Source: a virus
Virus record (IMG/VR): IMGVR_UViG_3300037258_000279
Span: 1 to 64,000 of that record
Length of the DNA: 64,000 nucleotides
Strand: one strand, 5' to 3'
Part shown: in pieces, positions 45,420 to 54,863 of the stretch
Numbering within the stretch: position 1 is the stretch's first letter
Layout of the letters: each line of letters starts with the position of its first letter
Made by a program: the position numbers and the translations under genes
The notes under the pieces: generated by a model
Seen by the model: only the letters and a program-made list of their open reading frames with translations
What the model was told of the DNA's origin: nothing
The model's database searches: none

Positions 45420-48400
45420 TTATGGATAAGGGTTCTGCGTGATCCCTTGAGCTTTTTGGGTCTTTTTCATTTCATAAGCGCGCGGGTCACTCATCTGCTC
45501 AACAGATTTTCTGATGGCCTCGATGATGTCAGAGGGCTTCTTAGCAAGCCCGGGATTCGCAATAACGAGACGCTTTGCTTGATCTGTCAGCTCGGCTGCC
45601 TCGTTGGCATCGCCGGCAATGCGCGCGCGGGCTGCTCGCGTGATAAGCAATGCCGCATCGCGCTCGACACGCTGACGCAGTTCATCGTTTTGATGTTCAA
45701 GCCGATAGGCGTAGTCGGACTGTGCGTATTCCTGTTCCTGTTGGAGCGGTTGGAAGCCAAGCGCCTGCTTGGCTATATCCGCGCCCGGCATGTCGGCAGG
45801 ACGGTCGAGCATAGTACCTTTTTGCGAAATTCGGCCTTGGTCGGATTCAAGCAATGCACGAGCCGGATTGCGAAGCGCCGATGGCAGAAGCTCCGCTGCG
45901 GCCGCGCCAGCACCCTGGGTCTGATCGCGCGTATAAGCGGCCTGCAACCGCTGATACAGCATCGAGGGAATGGTGCCAATGACATTGGTTGGGTCCATTT
46001 CTCTGGAGATGACATCGCCGAAACCGATTCGGCTCGAGAGATTTACACCTGCGAGCGAGGCGATTGGGCCACGTAGCATGACGTCGGCCCCGGCCTTTGA
46101 AAATCCGGCATCAGACATCATCTCGCGCAGATGGGCGTCCGTCATCGGATCGCTGCCCCCATTTAGCATGCGCCCCAGGGCATCAGCGGCGGACTCGGCG
46201 TCTTGCGTGAATGGAAGTCCATAGGCGCCAGCGCCGAGCATCAGAGTCCCCATCATCCAAGCAAACGCCGTCTTGCCTTCCGGGCCCATGTTTTTCATCA
46301 AACGAAAAGCCGTCGAGAGATAGCGCGTCTGAAAGCCGTGCAGCGAGAACAGGAGCGTTCCCATCGGGCCGCGCATTACGGGAGAACGGTTTTCGCTACC
46401 CCACTCGTAGGCACCTTCCGACAGCATGAACCGGGAGAAATTCTCCGGCGTCAAACCATCACGCTCAACCATATCGCGGAACAAGGCACTGTGTTCGGCG
46501 AGCGGCTTCGCCATCGCCGCCAGCGTTTTTGGATTGCTGGCGAGCCGGTAAGAAGACAGTGCGACAGCGGCACGATTGGCTTGGTCGACGATGCCGATAT
46601 TCGAGGTGGCAATATCCATGGCACGGCGAAACCGCCCCGCCGCATCGCCAAACGTCGAGGCTTGCCGTTCGCTCAACGCACGCAGATCGTCGGCACCGAG
46701 CGCACGCAAGCGCCCCTCATTAGCGAGAGATGAGATGAGGGCTTTTTCGTCGGGCGTGCGTCCCATTCGATCGAGATTGATGAAGAATCCATTCTTACGG
46801 TCAGCACCGGCGTGCCCATAAGCCTCGCGCAGCGCGCCAGCTAATGCGGCGCCGGCGCGCACCATGCCAATGCCGGTCGAGAGTACGGGAGCCGCTGCCA
46901 TCGGGGTATGCAGCGCGATTACCAGAGTCGACGATGGATTCATGGCGAGCGCGTAGGAAAACCCGATCTGAGCAGCATGCGTCGAGGCGCGCGAGAGAAT
47001 GCCTTTTTGGTCTTCCTGCGCCCCACGCCACTTTTGCCAATAGTCGCGCACGCTTTGATGCGGATGATTGTCTTGGATGTTATCGTAGGCTTCCTCCACG
47101 GCGTTATGATGCACCATGTTGGCCGCGTTGTGCGATACCTGCCAGATATGCGTGCCGATCGCGCGATCAAAATCCTGCGAATAACCCGGTGTGAGGTCGG
47201 CTCGGCGTTTGAAGCCAGCAGTCAGCGCCTCGTAGATCGAGTCCAGCAACGCTTCTTTCGCGGCACCCGTTGTTGCCCGATAGCGGTCCAATGCCTCGCC
47301 GCCGACGAGGCGTCCGGATTTATCGTATTGAGCAGCTTCGCCTTTCGCCTGCTTGGTTTGCGTTCGGGTAAGACCCTCCGGCGGAGTCTTTTCCTGCATG
47401 ATCTGCGAAATCATTTTGCCAGTGGCATCGCGTTCCATGAGCGCGAACAGTTTTTCGAGCGCCGGCATATCGATTTCGCGCAGGATGTCCGGCTTGCGGC
47501 GCAAATCTCCCGTTTCAATTATATGTGTCGGCGATTCCCATCGTCCCGGTCCGACGCGCTGGAAAGCACCAAATGCCGGCGCCCCTGTGTTATCTGGCAT
47601 TGTGCCAAGTGCGGCGATACGGTTTTTGACTGCGGCAATATCGTCGGCGTTCCGCCGCGTGGTGCCGAGCCAGTCTTCCATCGAGCTTTTCTCAACGGTT
47701 TCGAACCATTTCACCTCGGGATAACCGCCGAGCGATTCAGGGTCTTGACCTTGTTTCGGCCGCACGGCGACATAATAATCGCCAAAGCGCATGGCCGGAA
47801 AATAAGGGCGGTCCAACGCCCGCTGAGCCTCATGGAGCGCTGTCGCGAGGCGTGCCAGTCGATGGCCCTCCGGTGTACCGATACCTGCCTCGCGAGCCCC
47901 AGCGCTCACGGCGGCAGCAGTTAGATCGCCATTCCAGCCTTCGCGTTTCGCCATCGCCGACATGATGGTGCGCCAGCCTTCGTCACCTAGCCGCAAGCTA
48001 TCGTGAAACGCCTTTGTCTCTTGCGGTGATAGGAGATAGTCGTCACCAGGTTTTGACATGCGCGCTTGCCAGAACGACGTATTGTGCACGCGGATCGGCG
48101 CGCCATCATCGGGAGGGCGCCAGTTCCATTTTCGGGCAAGTTCGAGCGCCGCATAGACGCGATTTCGCGACGGCGAATCGAGGCTCACCAGCGAATCAGC
48201 GACAATTTTCCGTAGATTATTGCCATTTCGTGCCGCCTCATCGTCACGGGCGCGCCACGCATTCCAAAAGCGTGCCGACATATCATCCAGCGTTGCGAGC
48301 GTTCGCGGGAAGATCGAGAATCGCTCTACCGGATTAAGATTTTTGATCTGTCGCGTACCACGTCGAGCAAGTTCCGGAAGTGCCCGTTCCTCGGTCGTCG

Positions 48401-51400
48401 GTCCTTTACCGGAAGGTGCTCCGGGTGATCCCGATACTGAATCGATCAGTCCGGAAACCGCGTCGCGGTGGAGAGCCTCTTCCGGTGTCAGCCGTTGTTC
48501 TGGCGAAGTATTTCGTTCCGCTGCAAAATCGGGGCGGTCTTCGGCTAGACCGGCGACTGCTCCTTGCGCTTCGCCAGTTCCTGCTCGGCTCTCGATCGTT
48601 CCCGCTTCACGTCCGGATCGTCCTGCGGCAGGTTGTCTAATTCCTTCAGAAAGTCTTGCCATGCTTTCGTCGGGGCGAATGGTGTCGGCGGATCGATCAG
48701 ACCGTGCATTGGCATCCTCTCTAGGCTTAGCATCAAAAAATGTCTGGGCAGCTCGCTGCACCCTGTCAGCTGCCTCCCGAATGATGTCACGAGCACCCGG
48801 CACGTCGGCCAGATCGCGTGACGACATGTAATCAATCACACCGCCGGAATCCAGTGCCCGATTAATCAGGTCGGAATAAATGGAGTCCGCGTGTTCTTGT
48901 GTAATCTCCGCCGAATTAACAAGACGGTCTAGCCCACGAAAGACGGCATTTTCCGCAGTGGCATAGAGGCCGCCGATTGCTCGCTCGGCGTCCCCCTGAC
49001 TTCCCAACCATTCCTTGGCTTCCGGCGTCAACTGGGCGACATAGGTGTTTCCATCATGGCCGTGAGCAACGATAGTTCGAAGGCCCGGAAAGGCCAGCTG
49101 TCGCATGTCCTGTTCACTCAGGGAATTACCCAACGGGTGGTTGTGATGGACCACCATCGTACTGGACTGATCCTCAAGGCGCCCCACGAGGTCTGGTGTA
49201 AAAGCGACGTATTTCGGCGATGCCATCGTGTAGGCATGAGTCAGTTCACCGCGGTCCTGATCGATCGCAGCCAAATGTTCATGGCCAGAGTTTTGTCCGT
49301 GATAGATGGTCCAGTTGCGCGCGGCGGTATGCGGATCGCCGGTCTGAGCGAAATCATCACGCAGGTCTGTGATGGCCGCACCGACGGGTGCCTCTTTGTC
49401 GTTGCCCTCGAACAGCGCCTGCCCTCGCATGACGCTTTCGCGCATCTTCGGGGTGATCTCGACGGAGTGGACCAATTTATTCGCTGGACCAGAAGCAAAA
49501 TCTCGTGCGCCTCTTTCCGTGTTAAATTCCCGATAATCATACTGGTCGCCCGGCATGTATGCGATCCATGTACCTTCTGAGTCCTGCGTAACTTTATACG
49601 GGCGCTGCTGCGCATTGATTTCGGAATCCTCGGCCTTCGCGCCCCACTTCTTGCTAAGGCTGTTCACGATCTGCGGCAATTGACGATCATAGAACGCCAC
49701 CATGCCAGCACTGCCAACCTTCAGATCATCACCGCGCAGCGTTCCAGCGCCTTCCGGCTCGCCGTGGTCGCGGCCAACATTATCGACGATCTTTTTGGCG
49801 GCATCCTTGCCGACGATGTCCTCAAGCTGTTGCGGCGTGAGATCGCGGCGACCGAGCACTTCCTCGAAATCACCGGAGCGAGGACTGCCGCGCTTCCTGG
49901 CGCTGATCGTGTAGCGTCCGTCATCTTGCTTCGCGTATCTGATCTCGTCGATTTGTTTGCTCAGGTCGTACCGGTCCGCGTTCGTCGCGCCGGTATCCCA
50001 GGACAATTTTTGGTAGCCGTTTTCGGCGGCGTATCTGAGCAAACGCTTAACCGCAAGCTCCGGCCATGAGGTTTTGAAGGGAGCGTCCGGGACTAGATCG
50101 CCAGCCTCTGCCGCGTAGGCTGCATTGCGTTCACGTTGCAGCTCCTGGTTCCTCGCCAGCAGATCTGGGTGCCTCTGCCAGGACGCCATTAGCGCAGCAT
50201 CGCTGTGAAGGTATTTCGCCTCGGCGCGGATTTTCGCTTCGTCTTCGTTCGCGGCATCTACTTCGTAGCGATGTCCGGTGCGGGCATCCGTAACAACCCA
50301 CTCTCCAAGCTCGTAGCCGTGAGTTTTGTTGACCCCAACCTTTTCTGCCAAAAGCTGCGGCGCGTCGCGGCGTTCAAGTTCCATCAAGACGCCATCCATA
50401 TCATCGTCAATTTCGCTGACTGAGCGCCCTTTGTGTTGCCCCCGATACCCGCGCTTTCTTCCGGCCTGATGGAGATCGCTCTGAATCTCCGCGACGTGCA
50501 GCACCCTCTCGCCGTTCGGCCCAGTGCGATCGTCAAAACGGACATGCGCCAGGACGTTCGGCTCTTGCCAGTGACCTGAGCGGTAATCCTGCCGTTCAGC
50601 ACCGCGCCGATTGCGCGCGAGCATCTGCGCTGTGTTGGCGATAACGGCCTCGTCGTCCGAAACGGAGTCATGCGTGATGGCGACGACCTCACCCTTCGCG
50701 TCCAGCACCTCGGCGCCATCCGGCCCCTTGTCACGGACCGTCCAGCCGGTTGTATCAATTTTTGGCTCGCGCTGCGGCATCGTGAGTAGAAGTTCGCGGT
50801 AATTCTCGCCACCAGGAAGACGGTAGTGGCCGTACTTTGCCGGGGCGCCGCTGAGTCCTTGGCGCGCCATTGTCTCGTCAACCATGCGACCGTGTAGCGC
50901 TTCGCGCTCTGCTGAAAGGCGGCCGCCCTCGTGGCGCAGGTCAGATGCGCGCTGCGTATCGTTGGCGTAGTGTGCGCTGCGCTCTTCGGTATCGACATCG
51001 TGAATGCGGCGGTTCAAATCCTCAAACGCTGCGGCATGTTCTTGTTGCGCCCGCGCATCTGGCACGGTTTCGTCTCGCACTGGGCCGTGCATCACCTCCT
51101 GCACTTGGACATTGTTCTCGCGAACGGCTTGGAGCAGATCAGCCTTCGTCACCGCGCCCTTTTTGCTGTCCAAGAAATCGTTCACGCCCGTCCAATCGAC
51201 TTCCTCTTTTTTGATCCCCGGCATGTTGCGGATCATGCCCTTCCAGGATTCAGGCGAGGCTTTGTCTAGCTTGGCGTTCTCGATGCCGCGTTCAAGCGCC
51301 GAGTAAAAGATTGGCGATGCTTCGGCCAATCCGCGCCGTGTTGGCGGCTCTCCAAAAGGCAATTCCGCCGTATTGTCTATGGGCTTGAACAATCCCTCAT

Positions 51401-54400
51401 CGGCGTCTTTTTGCTGAACACGGGACCGGATGCGCCCACGCCCTTCCGCTTCGCGCGATGAGGCCGCCTGGCGCGCCGATTGTTCGGCGCCAGGAAGGAC
51501 TACTTGTTCTCCGGCTGCGGTTGATTCTGTTGCCGGCTCGCGCCCAATGCCTTCACCGCGGACTTGATCGCCGCGAGTTGCGATCGCACCAGATTCTTCA
51601 CGACGCGTCTGCGCTGCTGATTGAGCGGCTGATTCTGCAAATCGCGGAGTCGTTTCAGGCGCTCGCGACTGTGGTTCAGGTGTTGCTGAGCTTCGTTCAT
51701 CGTCACCAATCCAGGGAATATCTTCTGCCGCAGCCACGGCGTCAATATCGCGCTCAATCTGGGCTCGGACTGTATCCGAATGAGCACCATCCGCGATGAT
51801 TGCCTCACGCTCATGAATCATGGCGAGAAGATCGTCATTATGGGGATGGCTGGCCGGATCGATGCCCAGCGCTGAAGCGCGCGCTTCTAACTCGTTGTGA
51901 TAAGGATTGCCCTCGTAGGCGCGTTTATGGTCTTCCCAATCCCGTAGTGCGCCAACATCGTCGGCGGAATAGCGCGCATTGCCGCGGAGCGTGTCATCGA
52001 TCGCACTGTAGAGATCGCTAATGGTCGAATCGCTGGGCCGATTTGGATTATCGCGCGGGAGATACCCGGCTTCCTGGGCGATTTCGCGCGCGTGGTCGTC
52101 GTTCATTCCGCGCCCGTCTTTGCGCACCAGCATGCCGTATCCCGGAATGAATTTCTTATGTGCATCCATCGCGCGCAATTCGCCGGAAGGGTTAAGACCG
52201 CCGCGCGACGCCAGAAACTCCACGATGTTCATGGGACGCCGGGGGGCGTTCTCTCTTGAAGAAGGTGGCGTTGTTGCTGTCTCGGCAGCAACCGGTTTGG
52301 TGGTGTCGCCCTCTTTCAGCCAGGTCTTCAGCTCATCGAGCGACATCGGCGTGACATTCCCGATGCGCTGTTCGCCTTTGCCATCGGAAAATGCCCCGAC
52401 ATAAGCTTGGTGCGCGCCCTGCCAGTCATTGAAGCCAAGCATAACTTTAGCTTCGTCGTAAGCGCCTGACGCCGGATCGATTTGGTCTATAACAAAAGCG
52501 CGCTGGCTATCATGGTTCGGCCCCATATAGGCATCCACATGTTCGCCGTCGGCAGCTTCGGTTTTTGATATGTAGCCGTAGTCGCTTGGAAGCTGTGCTG
52601 TCCAAGGTTGACCATCGGCACCGACACCATGACGTACTGAGCCTTCCGGGTTTTCCATGACGAACGGAATCCCATGAAATGAGACGCGGCCCTTGGAATA
52701 ATTCCCAGAATCAATTTGTCCTGGCGTGGGATTTGTTTCGGTTGTCGCGCGCGCCTGATCGATCTGCTGCGCGATTTCTTCCGGCGTGCGAGTACCGCGC
52801 GTCAGGGGTAGTTCGCCTTCAGGTCCAGGAGGCGACGGGGAAGGGGCCGCACCCCCCACCGGTAACGGCGCCGACTTGTCCGGTGCCTCCTGGATTGCTG
52901 GCGGCTGGTTGATTTTTAAGTCAACCGGTGATGCCACAATAGGTTGATCCGGCGCCGCCGCTTGCGCTGGCTGGGGCTCTACCGGTTGTGCCTGACGGCG
53001 CGCCGCGATTTGATTCAGATCTTCGGCATATTGCCCGGCCGCTTCGGGTGTCGGGACGATCTGGCCAGGGTGAGTCGTCTTCGTCGCTTCCGCCTGCTGG
53101 ATGATATCCTGTGGCGTGACCGGCGGCTGTGGTTGGGCCTGCGCCTCGAGTTGCGCCTTCGCCGCAGTCAGGCGTGCCTCAACCGGGGCGGCTGGCTGCC
53201 CGCGCGCGGCGGCCGCCGCGCTGGTCGCCTCGCCCTTAAGCGCGTCGAGCGCCGGGGATTGAGGCTTCGGTATCGGTATTGGTACCAATGGGGCAGGCCC
53301 GCTCGGCGGACCGCTTTCTGGAGAACCTCGATACCTTGAGACGGCATAGGCATTAATGCTGTACTGGTTGCCGCTTGGATCGCCCAATATCACATCGTGC
53401 GCGGGGGTAAATCCCTGCACCTGCATCGGGATAACGTCATTACCGACCGGCATCGGGATCATTTCGCCAATCTTAGGCGTTCCTAGACCACCACGGACAG
53501 ATGGTGCGGGCTGCGATTCCGCGGCGATGGCGGGCGGCGGCGGCGCTGGTGGTGGCGGATTAACGCTCGCTGCCGCTGCTTCTGGGGTCGGATGTCGAGC
53601 ATCTGTCACGATCCCGTCGGGGCCGCGTAATCCCCAAAGTCCCGTGGCCGGATCAAGCGCCACATCCGGTTTTTCAGTCGGCGCTGTTTCGGGAGGGCCA
53701 TGCGCGCGGTCCGATCCTGGAATATTGCCTGGTGGTGGAGGCCCAGGTGTCGATCTCAATGCGTGCGCGATACCGGCATGGACAATTGCGGGCGCGGCAG
53801 TCCCAACCACCGCGCCCGGAACGCCTGACAAGACGTCTTGGCCGATCGGCTTGCCTTCGGCGACATTCTCGACCGCTTTCTGACCGACTGCCACGGCAGG
53901 CTGCAACCCGAACGCCTGAAAGACGGCGTCTTTCAGCACATTCTTGAACGGTGCGAAACCGAATAATCCATAGGACACGCCAGCGGCGCCGGATTCGATG
54001 CCGGTGCGCTTCAAGGCCAAACTCCATGCCGCTTCGTTGTCGCCCTTGGTTTCCTGCAATGCCTGGCCGAAATTCACGCCAAGACTCTGAATCGTGTTAC
54101 CTGCCGCAGCGCCAGCCGCGGTGCCGGCGATGCCTGTCGCCCACGAAATCGGGTCTTCAGGGCCACCACCCAGAGCAATACCGGCCAACCCGCCGCCGTA
54201 AGCCGCTGCCGCCGTCGGCGCCGCGGCGGCAAACTGATAGAGCGTCTTTTTCAGCAACGTAAGCGGCTTCCACAGATCACTCCCCTCGATCGGCTGCGCG
54301 GCCAGAAGATCTGGCTCCTGCACGTCCGGTTTTCCCCCCGTCACGGCTTGGCCGGTTTGCATGACGCTCCGGCCAGCCTGAAAAAGACCGGCGATGGGGG

Positions 54401-54854
54401 CGCCCAGCAAGCCCGTGTCGCGCAGCGCTGGCTGAAGACCCGCCGCGGTATAGTCGATCGGCGGCGGGGCGGTCTGTCCGGTCTTCGTTTCTTTCGTCTC
54501 GACCGCCGGCGCTTCCTTGGTGCGCATCAGACCGTTCGGCGTCTGGACGAAACTTCCCGGCGCTAATGCGCCGATCTGGGCAGCATAATCTTCCTGCGAA
54601 AGTCCCTGGGTTGGAACAAAGGGTTTATCTCGCGTCCATTGCGCCGGCGTAGGTGGTTCATCCAAGAATTTAGCACCCGAAGGCAGCGGTGGAAGTCCGG
54701 GCGTTGCCGCTTGCGGTTCAATGAAACTTGCGCCTTTGGGAAGCGGTGGGAGAGTTGGTTCCTGATCGGCAACCGGAATGGCACCTGCTGGCAGCGGCGG
54801 AAGGTCGCCTGATCCAGAATCAGGTATAGACGAATTGTCAAGCGGCGCTGCCAT
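45420..54854 (-). CDS. large polyvalent virion/ejection protein (PPase-like, LPD-like, JAB-like, PLxRFG domains)
   Basis: GNY.KG..ENP.GS.R..DYGYI..DGEHVD..DE.KVMLGF; LPGGENYRELL..EIQSD; HHNHP..SLS..D; YFPAMRFGDY. Confidence 0.88.
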   Translation of the reverse strand: MAAPLDNSSIPDSGSGDLPPLPAGAIPVADQEPTLPPLPKGASFIEPQAATPGLPPLPSGAKFLDEPPTPAQWTRDKPFVPTQGLSQEDYAAQIGALAPGSFVQTPNGLMRTKEAPAVETKETKTGQTAPPPIDYTAAGLQPALRDTGLLGAPIAGLFQAGRSVMQTGQAVTGGKPDVQEPDLLAAQPIEGSDLWKPLTLLKKTLYQFAAAAPTAAAAYGGGLAGIALGGGPEDPISWATGIAGTAAGAAAGNTIQSLGVNFGQALQETKGDNEAAWSLALKRTGIESGAAGVSYGLFGFAPFKNVLKDAVFQAFGLQPAVAVGQKAVENVAEGKPIGQDVLSGVPGAVVGTAAPAIVHAGIAHALRSTPGPPPPGNIPGSDRAHGPPETAPTEKPDVALDPATGLWGLRGPDGIVTDARHPTPEAAAASVNPPPPAPPPPAIAAESQPAPSVRGGLGTPKIGEMIPMPVGNDVIPMQVQGFTPAHDVILGDPSGNQYSINAYAVSRYRGSPESGPPSGPAPLVPIPIPKPQSPALDALKGEATSAAAAARGQPAAPVEARLTAAKAQLEAQAQPQPPVTPQDIIQQAEATKTTHPGQIVPTPEAAGQYAEDLNQIAARRQAQPVEPQPAQAAAPDQPIVASPVDLKINQPPAIQEAPDKSAPLPVGGAAPSPSPPGPEGELPLTRGTRTPEEIAQQIDQARATTETNPTPGQIDSGNYSKGRVSFHGIPFVMENPEGSVRHGVGADGQPWTAQLPSDYGYISKTEAADGEHVDAYMGPNHDSQRAFVIDQIDPASGAYDEAKVMLGFNDWQGAHQAYVGAFSDGKGEQRIGNVTPMSLDELKTWLKEGDTTKPVAAETATTPPSSRENAPRRPMNIVEFLASRGGLNPSGELRAMDAHKKFIPGYGMLVRKDGRGMNDDHAREIAQEAGYLPRDNPNRPSDSTISDLYSAIDDTLRGNARYSADDVGALRDWEDHKRAYEGNPYHNELEARASALGIDPASHPHNDDLLAMIHEREAIIADGAHSDTVRAQIERDIDAVAAAEDIPWIGDDERSSATPEPQSRAPETTPRFAESAAQSAAQTRREESGAIATRGDQVRGEGIGREPATESTAAGEQVVLPGAEQSARQAASSREAEGRGRIRSRVQQKDADEGLFKPIDNTAELPFGEPPTRRGLAEASPIFYSALERGIENAKLDKASPESWKGMIRNMPGIKKEEVDWTGVNDFLDSKKGAVTKADLLQAVRENNVQVQEVMHGPVRDETVPDARAQQEHAAAFEDLNRRIHDVDTEERSAHYANDTQRASDLRHEGGRLSAEREALHGRMVDETMARQGLSGAPAKYGHYRLPGGENYRELLLTMPQREPKIDTTGWTVRDKGPDGAEVLDAKGEVVAITHDSVSDDEAVIANTAQMLARNRRGAERQDYRSGHWQEPNVLAHVRFDDRTGPNGERVLHVAEIQSDLHQAGRKRGYRGQHKGRSVSEIDDDMDGVLMELERRDAPQLLAEKVGVNKTHGYELGEWVVTDARTGHRYEVDAANEDEAKIRAEAKYLHSDAALMASWQRHPDLLARNQELQRERNAAYAAEAGDLVPDAPFKTSWPELAVKRLLRYAAENGYQKLSWDTGATNADRYDLSKQIDEIRYAKQDDGRYTISARKRGSPRSGDFEEVLGRRDLTPQQLEDIVGKDAAKKIVDNVGRDHGEPEGAGTLRGDDLKVGSAGMVAFYDRQLPQIVNSLSKKWGAKAEDSEINAQQRPYKVTQDSEGTWIAYMPGDQYDYREFNTERGARDFASGPANKLVHSVEITPKMRESVMRGQALFEGNDKEAPVGAAITDLRDDFAQTGDPHTAARNWTIYHGQNSGHEHLAAIDQDRGELTHAYTMASPKYVAFTPDLVGRLEDQSSTMVVHHNHPLGNSLSEQDMRQLAFPGLRTIVAHGHDGNTYVAQLTPEAKEWLGSQGDAERAIGGLYATAENAVFRGLDRLVNSAEITQEHADSIYSDLINRALDSGGVIDYMSSRDLADVPGARDIIREAADRVQRAAQTFFDAKPREDANARSDRSADTIRPDESMARLSEGIRQPAAGRSGREAGTIESRAGTGEAQGAVAGLAEDRPDFAAERNTSPEQRLTPEEALHRDAVSGLIDSVSGSPGAPSGKGPTTEERALPELARRGTRQIKNLNPVERFSIFPRTLATLDDMSARFWNAWRARDDEAARNGNNLRKIVADSLVSLDSPSRNRVYAALELARKWNWRPPDDGAPIRVHNTSFWQARMSKPGDDYLLSPQETKAFHDSLRLGDEGWRTIMSAMAKREGWNGDLTAAAVSAGAREAGIGTPEGHRLARLATALHEAQRALDRPYFPAMRFGDYYVAVRPKQGQDPESLGGYPEVKWFETVEKSSMEDWLGTTRRNADDIAAVKNRIAALGTMPDNTGAPAFGAFQRVGPGRWESPTHIIETGDLRRKPDILREIDMPALEKLFALMERDATGKMISQIMQEKTPPEGLTRTQTKQAKGEAAQYDKSGRLVGGEALDRYRATTGAAKEALLDSIYEALTAGFKRRADLTPGYSQDFDRAIGTHIWQVSHNAANMVHHNAVEEAYDNIQDNHPHQSVRDYWQKWRGAQEDQKGILSRASTHAAQIGFSYALAMNPSSTLVIALHTPMAAAPVLSTGIGMVRAGAALAGALREAYGHAGADRKNGFFINLDRMGRTPDEKALISSLANEGRLRALGADDLRALSERQASTFGDAAGRFRRAMDIATSNIGIVDQANRAAVALSSYRLASNPKTLAAMAKPLAEHSALFRDMVERDGLTPENFSRFMLSEGAYEWGSENRSPVMRGPMGTLLFSLHGFQTRYLSTAFRLMKNMGPEGKTAFAWMMGTLMLGAGAYGLPFTQDAESAADALGRMLNGGSDPMTDAHLREMMSDAGFSKAGADVMLRGPIASLAGVNLSSRIGFGDVISREMDPTNVIGTIPSMLYQRLQAAYTRDQTQGAGAAAAELLPSALRNPARALLESDQGRISQKGTMLDRPADMPGADIAKQALGFQPLQQEQEYAQSDYAYRLEHQNDELRQRVERDAALLITRAARARIAGDANEAAELTDQAKRLVIANPGLAKKPSDIIEAIRKSVEQMSDPRAYEMKKTQKAQGITQNPYP
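48545..48709 (-). CDS. putative nested out-of-frame gene (54 aa)
   Basis: GAGAGGA RBS; MHGLIDPPTPFAPTKAWQDFLKELDNLPQDDPDVKRERSRAEQELAKRKEQSPV. Confidence 0.5.
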   Translation of the reverse strand: MHGLIDPPTPFAPTKAWQDFLKELDNLPQDDPDVKRERSRAEQELAKRKEQSPV

Positions 54855-54863
54855 TTCGCTCCG

